A stretch of 64,000 nucleotides of DNA, taken from positions 3,232,001 to 3,296,000 of the forward strand of contig CAXXKJ010000002.1 in NCBI GenBank assembly GCA_963675295.2, written 5' to 3'. The notes below the pieces were generated by a model, which searched no databases, had not been told where the DNA came from, and was given only the letters and a program-made list of their open reading frames with translations. Every line of letters starts with the position of its first letter. Within the stretch, counting starts at the first letter, position 1. The stretch comes from a bacterium (GTDB lineage Bacteria > Electryoneota > Electryoneia > Electryoneales > Electryoneaceae). Positions 1 through 9,210 of the stretch are shown in pieces. The translations under genes and the position numbers were made by a program.

Positions 1-296
1 GCCAGCTCGAGGGCGGCTTCGGACGCCAGCGGCGCATCGCCAGCCATGTTCGCCACCACCAGGATGCCGGGCGCATCATCGCCCCGCTTGCCGATCTCCA
101 GCAACGCCAGCGGGACACCGCCGGGCGTGTTGCCGAGGTCGTGCAGGGTGACGTCTCCGGATTTCCGGGCGAGATCGTGGAAAGCGTCCAGCAGCAACAT
201 CGGCGGGTGGTAGTCGGCCCGTGCCACCGCAGCCATGCCCGGCACCAGGCTGACGACGACAACAACAACCAGCAAGCGTATCGCGTTTCGTTTCAT
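1..296 (-). CDS. Secreted M14 zinc-carboxypeptidase-like protein, N-terminal part (runs off the window)
   Basis: Manual translation from ATG at 296: MKRNAIRLLVVVVVVSLVPGMAAVARADYHPP...LGNTPGGVPLALLEIG...PGILVVANMAGDAPLASEAALEL. It has a signal peptide and an M14-like N-terminal pattern, and is open to the window edge. Confidence 0.55.
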   Translation of the reverse strand, partial: MKRNAIRLLVVVVVVSLVPGMAAVARADYHPPMLLLDAFHDLARKSGDVTLHDLGNTPGGVPLALLEIGKRGDDAPGILVVANMAGDAPLASEAALEL

Positions 297-339
297 GCAC
301 CCTCCGTATTCCGCACCCGCAGCCATGTACCCCGTACCC

Positions 340-374
340 ACGTGCCCCTGATGGCTCCGCCAGCAGGGCTTATC
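340..374. repeat. REP-like palindromic element, copy 1 (second copy at 60033-60067)
   Basis: ACGTGCCCCTGATGGCTCCGCCAGCAGGGCTTATC; 33/35 identical to 60033-60067; imperfect hairpin. Confidence 0.75.
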
Positions 375-595
375 CGCAGCCACAACCAGACCAACACGAA
401 AGGTAGCTGCCAATCCATCCCATGTCACGGCTGTCGGGCGCGCTCCCTCCAAAGAAAACGGTCACCATCATTCGTCCACCAGTCCGGCGAACTTTCACAA
501 AGCCGACTTTCACCGAAAGGTTGCGAGGCCCGGATCAGACCGTTATCGTAGACAGGATACGACTCGCAGGTCCAGGCATGGGGGCAGCGTACAGT

Positions 596-2044
596 ATGGA
601 CACGAACGGCGTCATCCAGGTCGCAAACTCGCAGATCGCCCTGTGGGCATTCATCGGATACCTGATCATCATCACCCTGATCGGTGTGTTGACCAGTCGT
701 TTCTCCTCGGCAGGTGTCAGCGAATACTTCCTCGCTGGACGCAGGATGAACAAGTGGGTGGTGGCGTTGTCGGCGGTGGTCAGTGGCCGCAGCGCGTGGC
801 TGCTGATAGGCTTCACCGGGATGGCGTTCGCGCAGGGCCTGTCCGCGATGTGGGCGGCGGTAGGCTACATCACCGTCGAGTTCTTCCTCTTCTGGTTCTA
901 TGCTCGCCGTCTGCGCCGTTTCAGCGAGGAACACGATTGCATCACTGTCCCGGACTTCTTCGCCGCCCGGTTCAACGACCACAAGGGTACGCTGCGGCTG
1001 CTGCTGTCGGTTATCATCATCGTGTTCCTGACGGCGTATGTCTCCGCCCAGTTCGTCGGCGGCGGCAAGACCTTCGCCTCGTCCTTCGGCGTCACCCCGA
1101 CCATGGGCATGCTGATCACCGCGGCGATTGTGCTGCTGTACACACTTCTCGGCGGTTTCCTCGCGGTCTCGTTGACTGACTTCCTGCAGGCGATGTTCAT
1201 GCTCTTCGCGCTGCTGGTGCTGCCGATTGTCGCGATCGCGCATGAGGGCGGCTGGGGACCGGTCGCGGCCCAGCTGCGCGCGGACGATCCCTCCCTGCTG
1301 ACAGCCTTCGGCAGCCTCGGCTTCGGTGGTGTGATCGGGTTCCTTGCCATTGGGTTGGGGTCGCCGGGCAATCCGCATATCATCGTGCGCTACATGTCTA
1401 TCAACCGTGTCAACGATCTCAAGTTTTCCGCGCTGATCGGCACGTTCTGGAATGTGATGATGGCCTTGGGCGCGTTGCTGATCGGGCTGGTCGGACGGGC
1501 GTACACACCCGCCGCCGCAACCGTTGACCAGGAGTTCCTCTTCCCCGCGCTCGCCGCCGAACACCTGCACCCAGTGCTGTTCGGAATGGTAATCGCCTCG
1601 ATCTTCGCCGCGATCATGTCCACCGCCGACTCGCAGCTACTGGTCGCGGCCAGCAGCGTCGTCGTCGACATCTACCAGAAGGTGATGAAACGGGACGCCG
1701 TCATCCCGCAGAAACGCCTGGTCCTGATCAGCCGGATCACGGTGTTCGTGCTGGTGGTGCTGGCGATTGCATTCGGACTGGCGGCGGAGAAACTGGTGTT
1801 CTGGCTGGTGCTGTTCGCCTGGGCGGGATTGGGCGCAGCGATCGGCCCGACCTCGATTCTCGCATTGTTCTGGAAACGCACCACGCGGCAGGGTGTGATC
1901 GCCGGCGTGATCGCCGGGACCGTGACCACCATCATCTGGTACTACACCCCGGCGTTGAAGGGGGCGTTGTACGAGCTGGTGCCGGCATTTCTCATCGGTG
2001 CGCTGGTGACCTGGACGGTGAGCCTCGCGACGTCGCAACGCTAG
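596..2044 (+). CDS. putP: Sodium/proline symporter (SSS family)
   Basis: About 13 TM segments; YFLAGR, ALSAVVSGRSAW, GGFLAVSLTDFLQ, GNPHIIVRYM and AAIMSTADSQLL motifs. The start is uncertain (578 or 596). Confidence 0.85.
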   Translation: MDTNGVIQVANSQIALWAFIGYLIIITLIGVLTSRFSSAGVSEYFLAGRRMNKWVVALSAVVSGRSAWLLIGFTGMAFAQGLSAMWAAVGYITVEFFLFWFYARRLRRFSEEHDCITVPDFFAARFNDHKGTLRLLLSVIIIVFLTAYVSAQFVGGGKTFASSFGVTPTMGMLITAAIVLLYTLLGGFLAVSLTDFLQAMFMLFALLVLPIVAIAHEGGWGPVAAQLRADDPSLLTAFGSLGFGGVIGFLAIGLGSPGNPHIIVRYMSINRVNDLKFSALIGTFWNVMMALGALLIGLVGRAYTPAAATVDQEFLFPALAAEHLHPVLFGMVIASIFAAIMSTADSQLLVAASSVVVDIYQKVMKRDAVIPQKRLVLISRITVFVLVVLAIAFGLAAEKLVFWLVLFAWAGLGAAIGPTSILALFWKRTTRQGVIAGVIAGTVTTIIWYYTPALKGALYELVPAFLIGALVTWTVSLATSQR

Positions 2045-2160
2045 CCGGGTCAAGTACAAGATGTGAAATCAGCTGATTGCCCGCGTTGCATTTGCGCGGG
2101 CGTTTCGCTCTGCTATATTTAGAGCTGAATCAACGGACGTCTGCAATTTCCGGAGTGTTT

Positions 2161-4980
2161 ATGCGAATGCTGCTTGCCACCCTGCTTCTGCTGTTCCTGC
2201 TTGTCCCCGTTGCTGATGCCGATCTGACGACGTTTAACCAGTTTACGATTTACGATTCGAACGACTTGGACGATATTGAAATCGCCGACATGGACCTTGA
2301 CGGCGATCCGGATGTCCTTTGCGTGCTACGGTTATCGGGCTTGGTAGGCTGGATTGAGTATCAGGGCGAATTTCCCGGCGAACTACACTACATCGACTAC
2401 ATCATCACTGATCCTTGCGCAATTGCTGTTGCGGATTTGGACAACGACGGCGATACCGATGTTGTCAGTGCGGACTCGCTGGGGAATCGTGTCACCTGGT
2501 ATGAAAACCGGCACCCGGATCTTCCCGGGGAATTTCCCCTGTCCGAAGATCAGTATGGAGTGCGCGATGTGATATGCGCCGATCTGGATGATGACGGATT
2601 CCAGGACATCCTAGCGGCGACACCGATCCTCGGTCTGGTCACGGTATTTCTGAACCAGGGTGATGGAACATATTCTGCGCAGATCCTGCTTAACAATCTT
2701 GATAGTCCCGACCGGCTGCATGCCGCCGACCTCGATCTGGACGGCGATTCCGACCTGATTGTCGCATCTGCTTCATCCGGCGAACTCGGGTGGTTCGAAA
2801 ACACGGGCGAGTTGGTGTTCACTGAACACTCACTGGGCCCTGGGTATGATCAGCTTGAGACGATCGAACACGGCGACATGAACGGTGATGGTGCGATAGA
2901 TATTCTTATCGGCTCACGTGACGAAGACAACGGCCTGCGTATTCTCTACAACAACTGGGATGGAACGTTTATTCCATACCAAGTAGCTGTTCAACGCAAT
3001 GATGTGAGGTCGATTGCGGTGTTGGATATCGAAAATGATGGCGACCTCGATCTGTTCTGTACAGGAAGAAACTCAACCTATTCACGATCCCTCCTGGTAA
3101 ATATTGGCGACTTCCAGTTCTACCTCGATGCCACGAGTTCATACTGGGGTTTGGACTGTGCGACCGGCGATTTCAATCTGGATGGCCTTCCAGACATTGT
3201 TGCAGAGAGAGGGACGGGTAATGTCGAGGTCTGGCTCAACCAACAGATCGAGGGATTCAGCCGTCACCCGATAACACTGGACCATAACGACAGTTACGTT
3301 CAGGCAGTCAACTGCAACAATGACCGATTCCCTGACTTGCTTGCGCTGCGAAGTGACGGACTCCCGTTTGACACGAATGAATTGGTCCTGCTGGAGAATG
3401 AAGGGTCTGGTGAATTTGATGACGATGTGATCTTCGAAAGCTCATATCTGGGGAAATATGTCTGCGTTGACCGTGACATGGATGATGACCTGGACGTCTT
3501 CAATTTCCACGATGATCAGTTGTACTGGTTTACAAACGAGGGCGGGCAATTCACCCGGGAATTCGTAGCCAGTCTGGACGTCTACGCCCCTCCGCTTTCC
3601 GCCTGGGACTTCGATGGAAACGGCTTCGCAGACGCAATCTCCGGCGAGGAGGACGTCCACGTGTACTGGGATGAGGGCGATGGCACGTTCAGCGACTCCC
3701 TTCTCATTTCGGATCTGTATTATGATATTTTGCAGATTAAGGTTCACGACATGAACCTGGACGGAGATCCGGACATTATCGTATGTGGAAACAGTCTGAT
3801 CATTTTCGAATACCTGGGAAATCGTGAGTGGGAGACACACACCATCCGGGAGGATGGCGACGGTTCTGCATTTACCACCCTCAGTGTCTTTGACTGGAAC
3901 CAGGACGGTGCTGCGGATCTTCTGAGTGGGAGTACCGAGCGACTCCCCTCGTTGTACCTGAACCAGTTGAACTGGTCTTTCGAAGAAATCACCCTCGACA
4001 ATGAACGAGTTCATCCGTATCAATTGAAAGCCGGCGATATGGATCTGGATGGGGATTTGGATGTCTTCGCAACCTTTTCCATTTCAATTGGCTGGTACGA
4101 GAACATCGGTGGTCTTGTGATGGCGTATCATGAACTGGATTTACGATACAGCACTAGCGATCAGAACGCTGAGTTCCGTGATTTCGACCTCGATGGTGAT
4201 CTGGACATGATTACGCGTGACGGGATAGAAATCACATTCTGGGAAAATCTCGCCATTAGCGGTGATCCACCCCCACCGCCACCGCCGACCTTGCCGTTGA
4301 CGATTGAGCTGACACCGGATAACGAACCGGTGACGATTCCGGCGGAAGGCGGCGACTTCACGTTCGATCTCGCGCTCTCGAACGAGCTGACCCAGGCGCG
4401 GCGGGTCAATGTCTGGACCGAAGCACGGACGCCGTCCCTGGAGGTCGTTCCGCTGCAATCCGCCCGTCCCCTGCTGTTGCCGAATACCACGTTGAGCGTG
4501 CTGAATGTGACGCAGCATGTCCCCGGAGCAGCGCAGGAGGGGTTGTTCTGGTTCTTCGCCAAGGCTGGCGAATACCCGGTGGTCAGCTCGGTGGACTCCT
4601 TCGCCGTGGTCAAGGACGGCGTGACGCGTGGCCATGATACCTGGACCGCCAGTCCGTGGGTCTGGACGTCGCCGGACGAAGCTACGGTTTCCGCTGCGCA
4701 GTCATCCCAACCACTCGACTATTCGCTGTCGCAACCCTACCCGAATCCGTTCAACGCCTTTACGCGGCTGGAGTTGACGCTTCCCTCCACCGCGCCGGTT
4801 CGAGTAACGGTTTTCGACGTGCTCGGACAAACAGTCAGCACGCCGTACAACCAGGCGCTGCCGGCAGGACGGCACACGTTGTCGTTCGACGCACACGATT
4901 GGGCGAGCGGGGTGTATTTCGTTGAGGTGAGCGTGCCTGGTGAATTCCGTCAACTGCGCAAGCTGGTCCTGCTGCAATAA
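2161..4980 (+). CDS. Secreted FG-GAP/VCBS-repeat protein with Ig-like domain and T9SS-type CTD
   Basis: Signal peptide; many D-x-D-x-DGD-x-D repeats; poly-Pro linker; YPNPFN...SGVYF...KLVLLQ C-terminus. Confidence 0.85.
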   Translation: MRMLLATLLLLFLLVPVADADLTTFNQFTIYDSNDLDDIEIADMDLDGDPDVLCVLRLSGLVGWIEYQGEFPGELHYIDYIITDPCAIAVADLDNDGDTDVVSADSLGNRVTWYENRHPDLPGEFPLSEDQYGVRDVICADLDDDGFQDILAATPILGLVTVFLNQGDGTYSAQILLNNLDSPDRLHAADLDLDGDSDLIVASASSGELGWFENTGELVFTEHSLGPGYDQLETIEHGDMNGDGAIDILIGSRDEDNGLRILYNNWDGTFIPYQVAVQRNDVRSIAVLDIENDGDLDLFCTGRNSTYSRSLLVNIGDFQFYLDATSSYWGLDCATGDFNLDGLPDIVAERGTGNVEVWLNQQIEGFSRHPITLDHNDSYVQAVNCNNDRFPDLLALRSDGLPFDTNELVLLENEGSGEFDDDVIFESSYLGKYVCVDRDMDDDLDVFNFHDDQLYWFTNEGGQFTREFVASLDVYAPPLSAWDFDGNGFADAISGEEDVHVYWDEGDGTFSDSLLISDLYYDILQIKVHDMNLDGDPDIIVCGNSLIIFEYLGNREWETHTIREDGDGSAFTTLSVFDWNQDGAADLLSGSTERLPSLYLNQLNWSFEEITLDNERVHPYQLKAGDMDLDGDLDVFATFSISIGWYENIGGLVMAYHELDLRYSTSDQNAEFRDFDLDGDLDMITRDGIEITFWENLAISGDPPPPPPPTLPLTIELTPDNEPVTIPAEGGDFTFDLALSNELTQARRVNVWTEARTPSLEVVPLQSARPLLLPNTTLSVLNVTQHVPGAAQEGLFWFFAKAGEYPVVSSVDSFAVVKDGVTRGHDTWTASPWVWTSPDEATVSAAQSSQPLDYSLSQPYPNPFNAFTRLELTLPSTAPVRVTVFDVLGQTVSTPYNQALPAGRHTLSFDAHDWASGVYFVEVSVPGEFRQLRKLVLLQ

Positions 4981-4994
4981 ATCCGGAGTATCCG

Positions 4995-6791
4995 ATGAAA
5001 TACACGGCACTTACAGCGACTCTTCTTCTGCTGGCAATTTCAACGGCGAGTGCTGACCCGATCCTGCACTACATCCAGTACAACGTTGATGATCCGGAAT
5101 ATGTTCGTCCGGTTGACATGGACGGAGACGGCGACGTGGACGTGGTCTGCTATTCTGATGGAGTGGACTCACTGATGTGGCTGGAGAATGTCGGAACGGA
5201 GCTGTTTGCCCGTCACGACATCGATACGCTGTCGTACATCAGCGAAGTACGTGTCATGGATGTCGATGAGAACGGATTGATGGACATCATTGTTAATGAC
5301 GTTTATTTCGACAAGATCTACCTGTTTCAGAACACTGAATCCGGCTTTAACCGGATCACGATTTATTCGGAAAATGGGTACTTGTCCGGCATTGACACGG
5401 TCGATGTCAACGACGATGGGCGGATGGATCTGGTTGTGGTTGAGGAATACGCTGAAACCGCGTACTGGCTGGACTTTCTGCCGGGTGGAACGATAGAATG
5501 GCATACAATCGGCGAATCCACTCGTTTCGACGATTGGGTCTCTGCAGTCGTACGTGGTGATTTCGATGATGACGGCACGGACGATTTATTCTTTTCCGGC
5601 TACTATGGTGGTATCGTCGCCTGGAACAATGGATCATCGTGGGAATTGGAGTACACTGGATTTTCGGGCAGCCAAGGGATTGATGTCTGTGACATGGACA
5701 ATGACGGCGACGACGACATTGTTACCGTCGATACCTATTATCATGATCAACTGTACTGGGCTGAACTGGGACGGAATGAGTACACGCTGCACGAGATCTA
5801 TCCCTGGTCTTCATCTCCGTACAGTGTTGTGGTTTATGATATCAACCGCGATGGGTTGAACGACATCCTGGCAACGTATTCCAATTTCGTCTACGGATTC
5901 CTTAATACTGGAGACGATGACTATCAGGTCCAGACTCTCTGGTATGTCTATCAGAATGGCCCGTTCAGATCCATCTACCCTGCCCACATGAATGATGACG
6001 ACAAGCTGGATTTTGTCGGAGCGCTACAGGGTAGCGGCAACGCCATCATCTGGATCGAGAATGACCTGACTCCGGACCTGATCGAAGTCTCGATCCAGCC
6101 ACCGTACGATCCGCCGATCATAATCCCGGCGGACGGCTTGACCATTCCATACGACCTGCGGATATCGACCCATGGCCTGCCACAACAGGCCGCCTTGAAC
6201 CTTGCAGCGACCTGCCGTCTCCCAAACGGCTACCGGATGCCGGTGTGGTATCGTCAGGTACCGTTTGAACCGTACGATCAACGGTTTGTGCAGGATCTGA
6301 ACCTTGATGTCCCCGCGATGGCGCCGTCCGGCGAGTATGAATTCAAGGTCGCGGTGTCGCACTGGTCGCAGGGCGTGATCGCGTACGACACAATGCCGAT
6401 GTTCAAACTGAACGGTCCACCCGATCCCGACTACCGCGGCGCGGGAATAACCCATGCGGGTGAGTTGACCGCTCTGGGGATTCCGTTGTCTCAATCAGAG
6501 CCTGTGATCGCGGCTGCGGCTTCCGTTTCCAGCGAGCTGACCTTGTCTTTGCAACCGAACCCGGCGAATGCCAGCACGACACTGCACCTATCGCTTCCCG
6601 AACGTGGCGCTCTCAGCCTGCGGGTGTACAACGTGATGGGCCGTGAGGTGTGGAGGCTGCCCGAGCGTGACTATGCGCCCGGGGTGCACGCGATCTCGTT
6701 GGACGCGAGCGAGCTGGCCAGTGGGCTGTATTTCGTGCGGGCGCAGGTTGGTGTCGAAACGGCGACGGCGAAGCTGATGATCGTGAAGTAG
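4995..6791 (+). CDS. Secreted FG-GAP-repeat protein with Ig-like domain and T9SS-type CTD
   Basis: Signal peptide; DMDGDGDVD repeats; QPNPAN...ASGLYFV...KLMIVK. Confidence 0.85.
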   Translation: MKYTALTATLLLLAISTASADPILHYIQYNVDDPEYVRPVDMDGDGDVDVVCYSDGVDSLMWLENVGTELFARHDIDTLSYISEVRVMDVDENGLMDIIVNDVYFDKIYLFQNTESGFNRITIYSENGYLSGIDTVDVNDDGRMDLVVVEEYAETAYWLDFLPGGTIEWHTIGESTRFDDWVSAVVRGDFDDDGTDDLFFSGYYGGIVAWNNGSSWELEYTGFSGSQGIDVCDMDNDGDDDIVTVDTYYHDQLYWAELGRNEYTLHEIYPWSSSPYSVVVYDINRDGLNDILATYSNFVYGFLNTGDDDYQVQTLWYVYQNGPFRSIYPAHMNDDDKLDFVGALQGSGNAIIWIENDLTPDLIEVSIQPPYDPPIIIPADGLTIPYDLRISTHGLPQQAALNLAATCRLPNGYRMPVWYRQVPFEPYDQRFVQDLNLDVPAMAPSGEYEFKVAVSHWSQGVIAYDTMPMFKLNGPPDPDYRGAGITHAGELTALGIPLSQSEPVIAAAASVSSELTLSLQPNPANASTTLHLSLPERGALSLRVYNVMGREVWRLPERDYAPGVHAISLDASELASGLYFVRAQVGVETATAKLMIVK

Positions 6792-7263
6792 GCCAGATCG
6801 GTGGATGGATCACCAGTATCCTCACGTCCACTTTCTTCCACAGGGGGCTGCTACCGGCCCCTTGTTGCTCTTATTGCTCTTGCGCCACCCTGGCTCTGTC
6901 CCCGTAGTCAACTTCATGTTTTCCACATTTTTCGCTGACCTTCGTGGAGACGTCCGGATCTCGAGATTCTGTGTATCATGCTGGCGGAAAGCGTGGGCAT
7001 GGTTCTATGTTATGGTCAATCTGCTGTCGTTGTCCCGGTGGGGTTTCCCCGGGCGGCGAGGTCTCTGTCATCGCTGAATGAACCGGTTTTTCTAACATTT
7101 GCCTGAGAACAGACCTTTCCTTCCGTGCGGGAGCCAGACGAGCAGAGGTGTCCGCGGTCACAGAGTTTGGCGCACCAAATTCCCTTAGTTTAGGAGATTC
7201 GACGATTCGGGGGCCTCGCTCCCCTGATCTATACGAGTTCACCGTTTTAACCTGGAGTATGCA

Positions 7264-9051
7264 ATGCGTAACACGTCGTGGATCAGCATCATGCTGGTCG
7301 TAATCAGCCTTGTCGCGCTGGGTTCGACAGCGCAGGCTACCTGGACCAAGCACAGTGTGGTCACCGGGTGGAATGGACTACGTGGCACCTATGCGGACGA
7401 TATCGACGGCGACGGCGACATCGACCTGATGGCGGCCGCACGGTATGTCAACACGATCGCCTGGTTCGAAAATACACCGGACGGCTTCGTCACCCACATC
7501 CTGTCGGAAGACTTTGAGGGGTCGTGGGACGTTAACACCTGCGACATCGACGGCGACGGCATGGTCGACATCCTCGGCGCGGCGTTAAGCAACTTCGACA
7601 TCGCGGTCTGGCGGAACAACGGCACCACCGAAAACTGGCAGGAATACATCGTCGACTACAACTGCCAGTACGCCAAGTCGGTCTTCGGTGACGACCTTGA
7701 CGGCGACGGTGACGGCGACGTCATCAGCGCGTCCTTCGGCAACGACTACATGAACTGGTACCGCAACATCGGTTCAGACTGGCAGGAACACCTGCTGCAG
7801 GCGAACTTCAACGGTGCGCGTGACATTGTCACCACCGACTTTGACCATGACGGCGACATCGACATCCTCGGTGCCGGCGACAATACCGGTGCGGCGATCT
7901 GGTGGAACAACGACAACGACGGTACTTGGGAATACGAGCTGATTCGCCCGGTGTATGGCATCCGTTCGATCAACTTCGGCGACATCACCGGTGACGGTAA
8001 TGCTGAAGTGATCGCCTCGACCTCCTACTTTGACGCGATTGTCTACTGGGAAAAGGTTGACACGGGCTGGGTAGAAACGGTTGTCACCGACACGCTGAAC
8101 TTCGCCAACTACGCGTACATCGCCGACATCGACAACGATGGCCAGAACGACATCGTCGGCTGTTCGTACGATGACGACCTCGTGCTGTGGTGGGAACAGG
8201 ATAACGGTTCCTGGACCGAGCATGTCGTCGGGATTGCGTTTGACGGTGTCCGTACCGCAATCGCGGCGGATGTGGACGGCGACGGCGACGATGACATCAT
8301 CGGCGCGGCGTCGCATACCGGCGAGCTGGCGTGGTGGGAGAACGAGATCGCGTTCCGTGCGGCGGACATCGATATCGTCCCGCACGACCCGTTGTTCCAG
8401 ATCCCGGCGTCCGGCGGCACGATCTCGTACGACGCCTACATCACCAACAACCAGCAGACGCACCTCGGGATCGGCGTGTGGACGGAAGTCCGTCTCCCGA
8501 ACGGCAACTACTACGGCCCGCTGGTGCAGACATTTGTTGTCTTCCCGCCGAACACGACGGTGACGGTAAACGGTCTATCGCAGTATATCCCGGACTACGC
8601 GCCGGCCGGCTATTACCAGTACCTCGTCAAGCTAGGCGGCAGCGGCACCGGCTACACCTTGTGCGCCGACAGCTTCACCTTCCGCAAGCTGAACTTCGCG
8701 CCGGGTGAAGTCCCGACGCCGGGCGAAGGCTGGGGCGCGGCGGACGCGTACCGTTCCGAGATCATCGGGTCGGTGGACCTGCCGGAAGCCTTCGAGATGG
8801 AAGCGGCCTACCCGAACCCGTTCAATCCGAGCACGACGGTTGCGGTTTCGTTGCCGGAAACGTCCGAGCTGATGGTCAGCGTCTTCAACGTTGCCGGGCA
8901 GCAGGTCGCCGAGCTGGCGAACGGCCAGTTCACCGCCGGGCAGCACAACCTGACGTTCGACGCGAACGGTCTGGCCAGCGGCTTGTACTTCATCCATGCG
9001 ACCGTTCCCGGTCAGCTGAACCAGGTGCAGAAGGTGATGCTCGTGAGGTAA
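7264..9051 (+). CDS. Secreted FG-GAP-repeat beta-propeller with Ig-like domain and T9SS-type CTD
   Basis: Signal peptide; about 7 DIDGDGDxD/W-W-E-N repeats; YPNPFNP...GLASGLYFIH...QKVMLVR. Confidence 0.88.
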   Translation: MRNTSWISIMLVVISLVALGSTAQATWTKHSVVTGWNGLRGTYADDIDGDGDIDLMAAARYVNTIAWFENTPDGFVTHILSEDFEGSWDVNTCDIDGDGMVDILGAALSNFDIAVWRNNGTTENWQEYIVDYNCQYAKSVFGDDLDGDGDGDVISASFGNDYMNWYRNIGSDWQEHLLQANFNGARDIVTTDFDHDGDIDILGAGDNTGAAIWWNNDNDGTWEYELIRPVYGIRSINFGDITGDGNAEVIASTSYFDAIVYWEKVDTGWVETVVTDTLNFANYAYIADIDNDGQNDIVGCSYDDDLVLWWEQDNGSWTEHVVGIAFDGVRTAIAADVDGDGDDDIIGAASHTGELAWWENEIAFRAADIDIVPHDPLFQIPASGGTISYDAYITNNQQTHLGIGVWTEVRLPNGNYYGPLVQTFVVFPPNTTVTVNGLSQYIPDYAPAGYYQYLVKLGGSGTGYTLCADSFTFRKLNFAPGEVPTPGEGWGAADAYRSEIIGSVDLPEAFEMEAAYPNPFNPSTTVAVSLPETSELMVSVFNVAGQQVAELANGQFTAGQHNLTFDANGLASGLYFIHATVPGQLNQVQKVMLVR

Positions 9052-9103
9052 CCCGAACATTTACAGTAAACTACCCTCGCAGCCACGGCATCCCGTCGTG
9101 GCT
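9028..9103 (+). repeat. 76-bp direct repeat, copy 1 (last 7 codons, stop, 3' UTR and terminator)
   Basis: 74/76 identical to 11422-11497. Confidence 0.92.
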
Positions 9104-9110
9104 TTTTTTG
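9081..9110 (+). terminator. Rho-independent terminator
   Basis: AGCCACGG-catc-CCGTCGTGGCT-type hairpin followed by a T-run. Confidence 0.75.
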
Positions 9111-9210
9111 TGTTGCCAGAATCGTTTCACCAGCGATTCGCTTGGAAAGGAAATCCTTTCTGTGTACTTTGCGTGCACAGGATAACTACTTCAAATGACC
9201 TGGTGGCATC

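Noticed and set aside
7030-7260. Riboswitch or ncRNA in the long leader
   Set aside because: Some hairpins are present but no recognisable conserved aptamer; an Rfam search would be needed.
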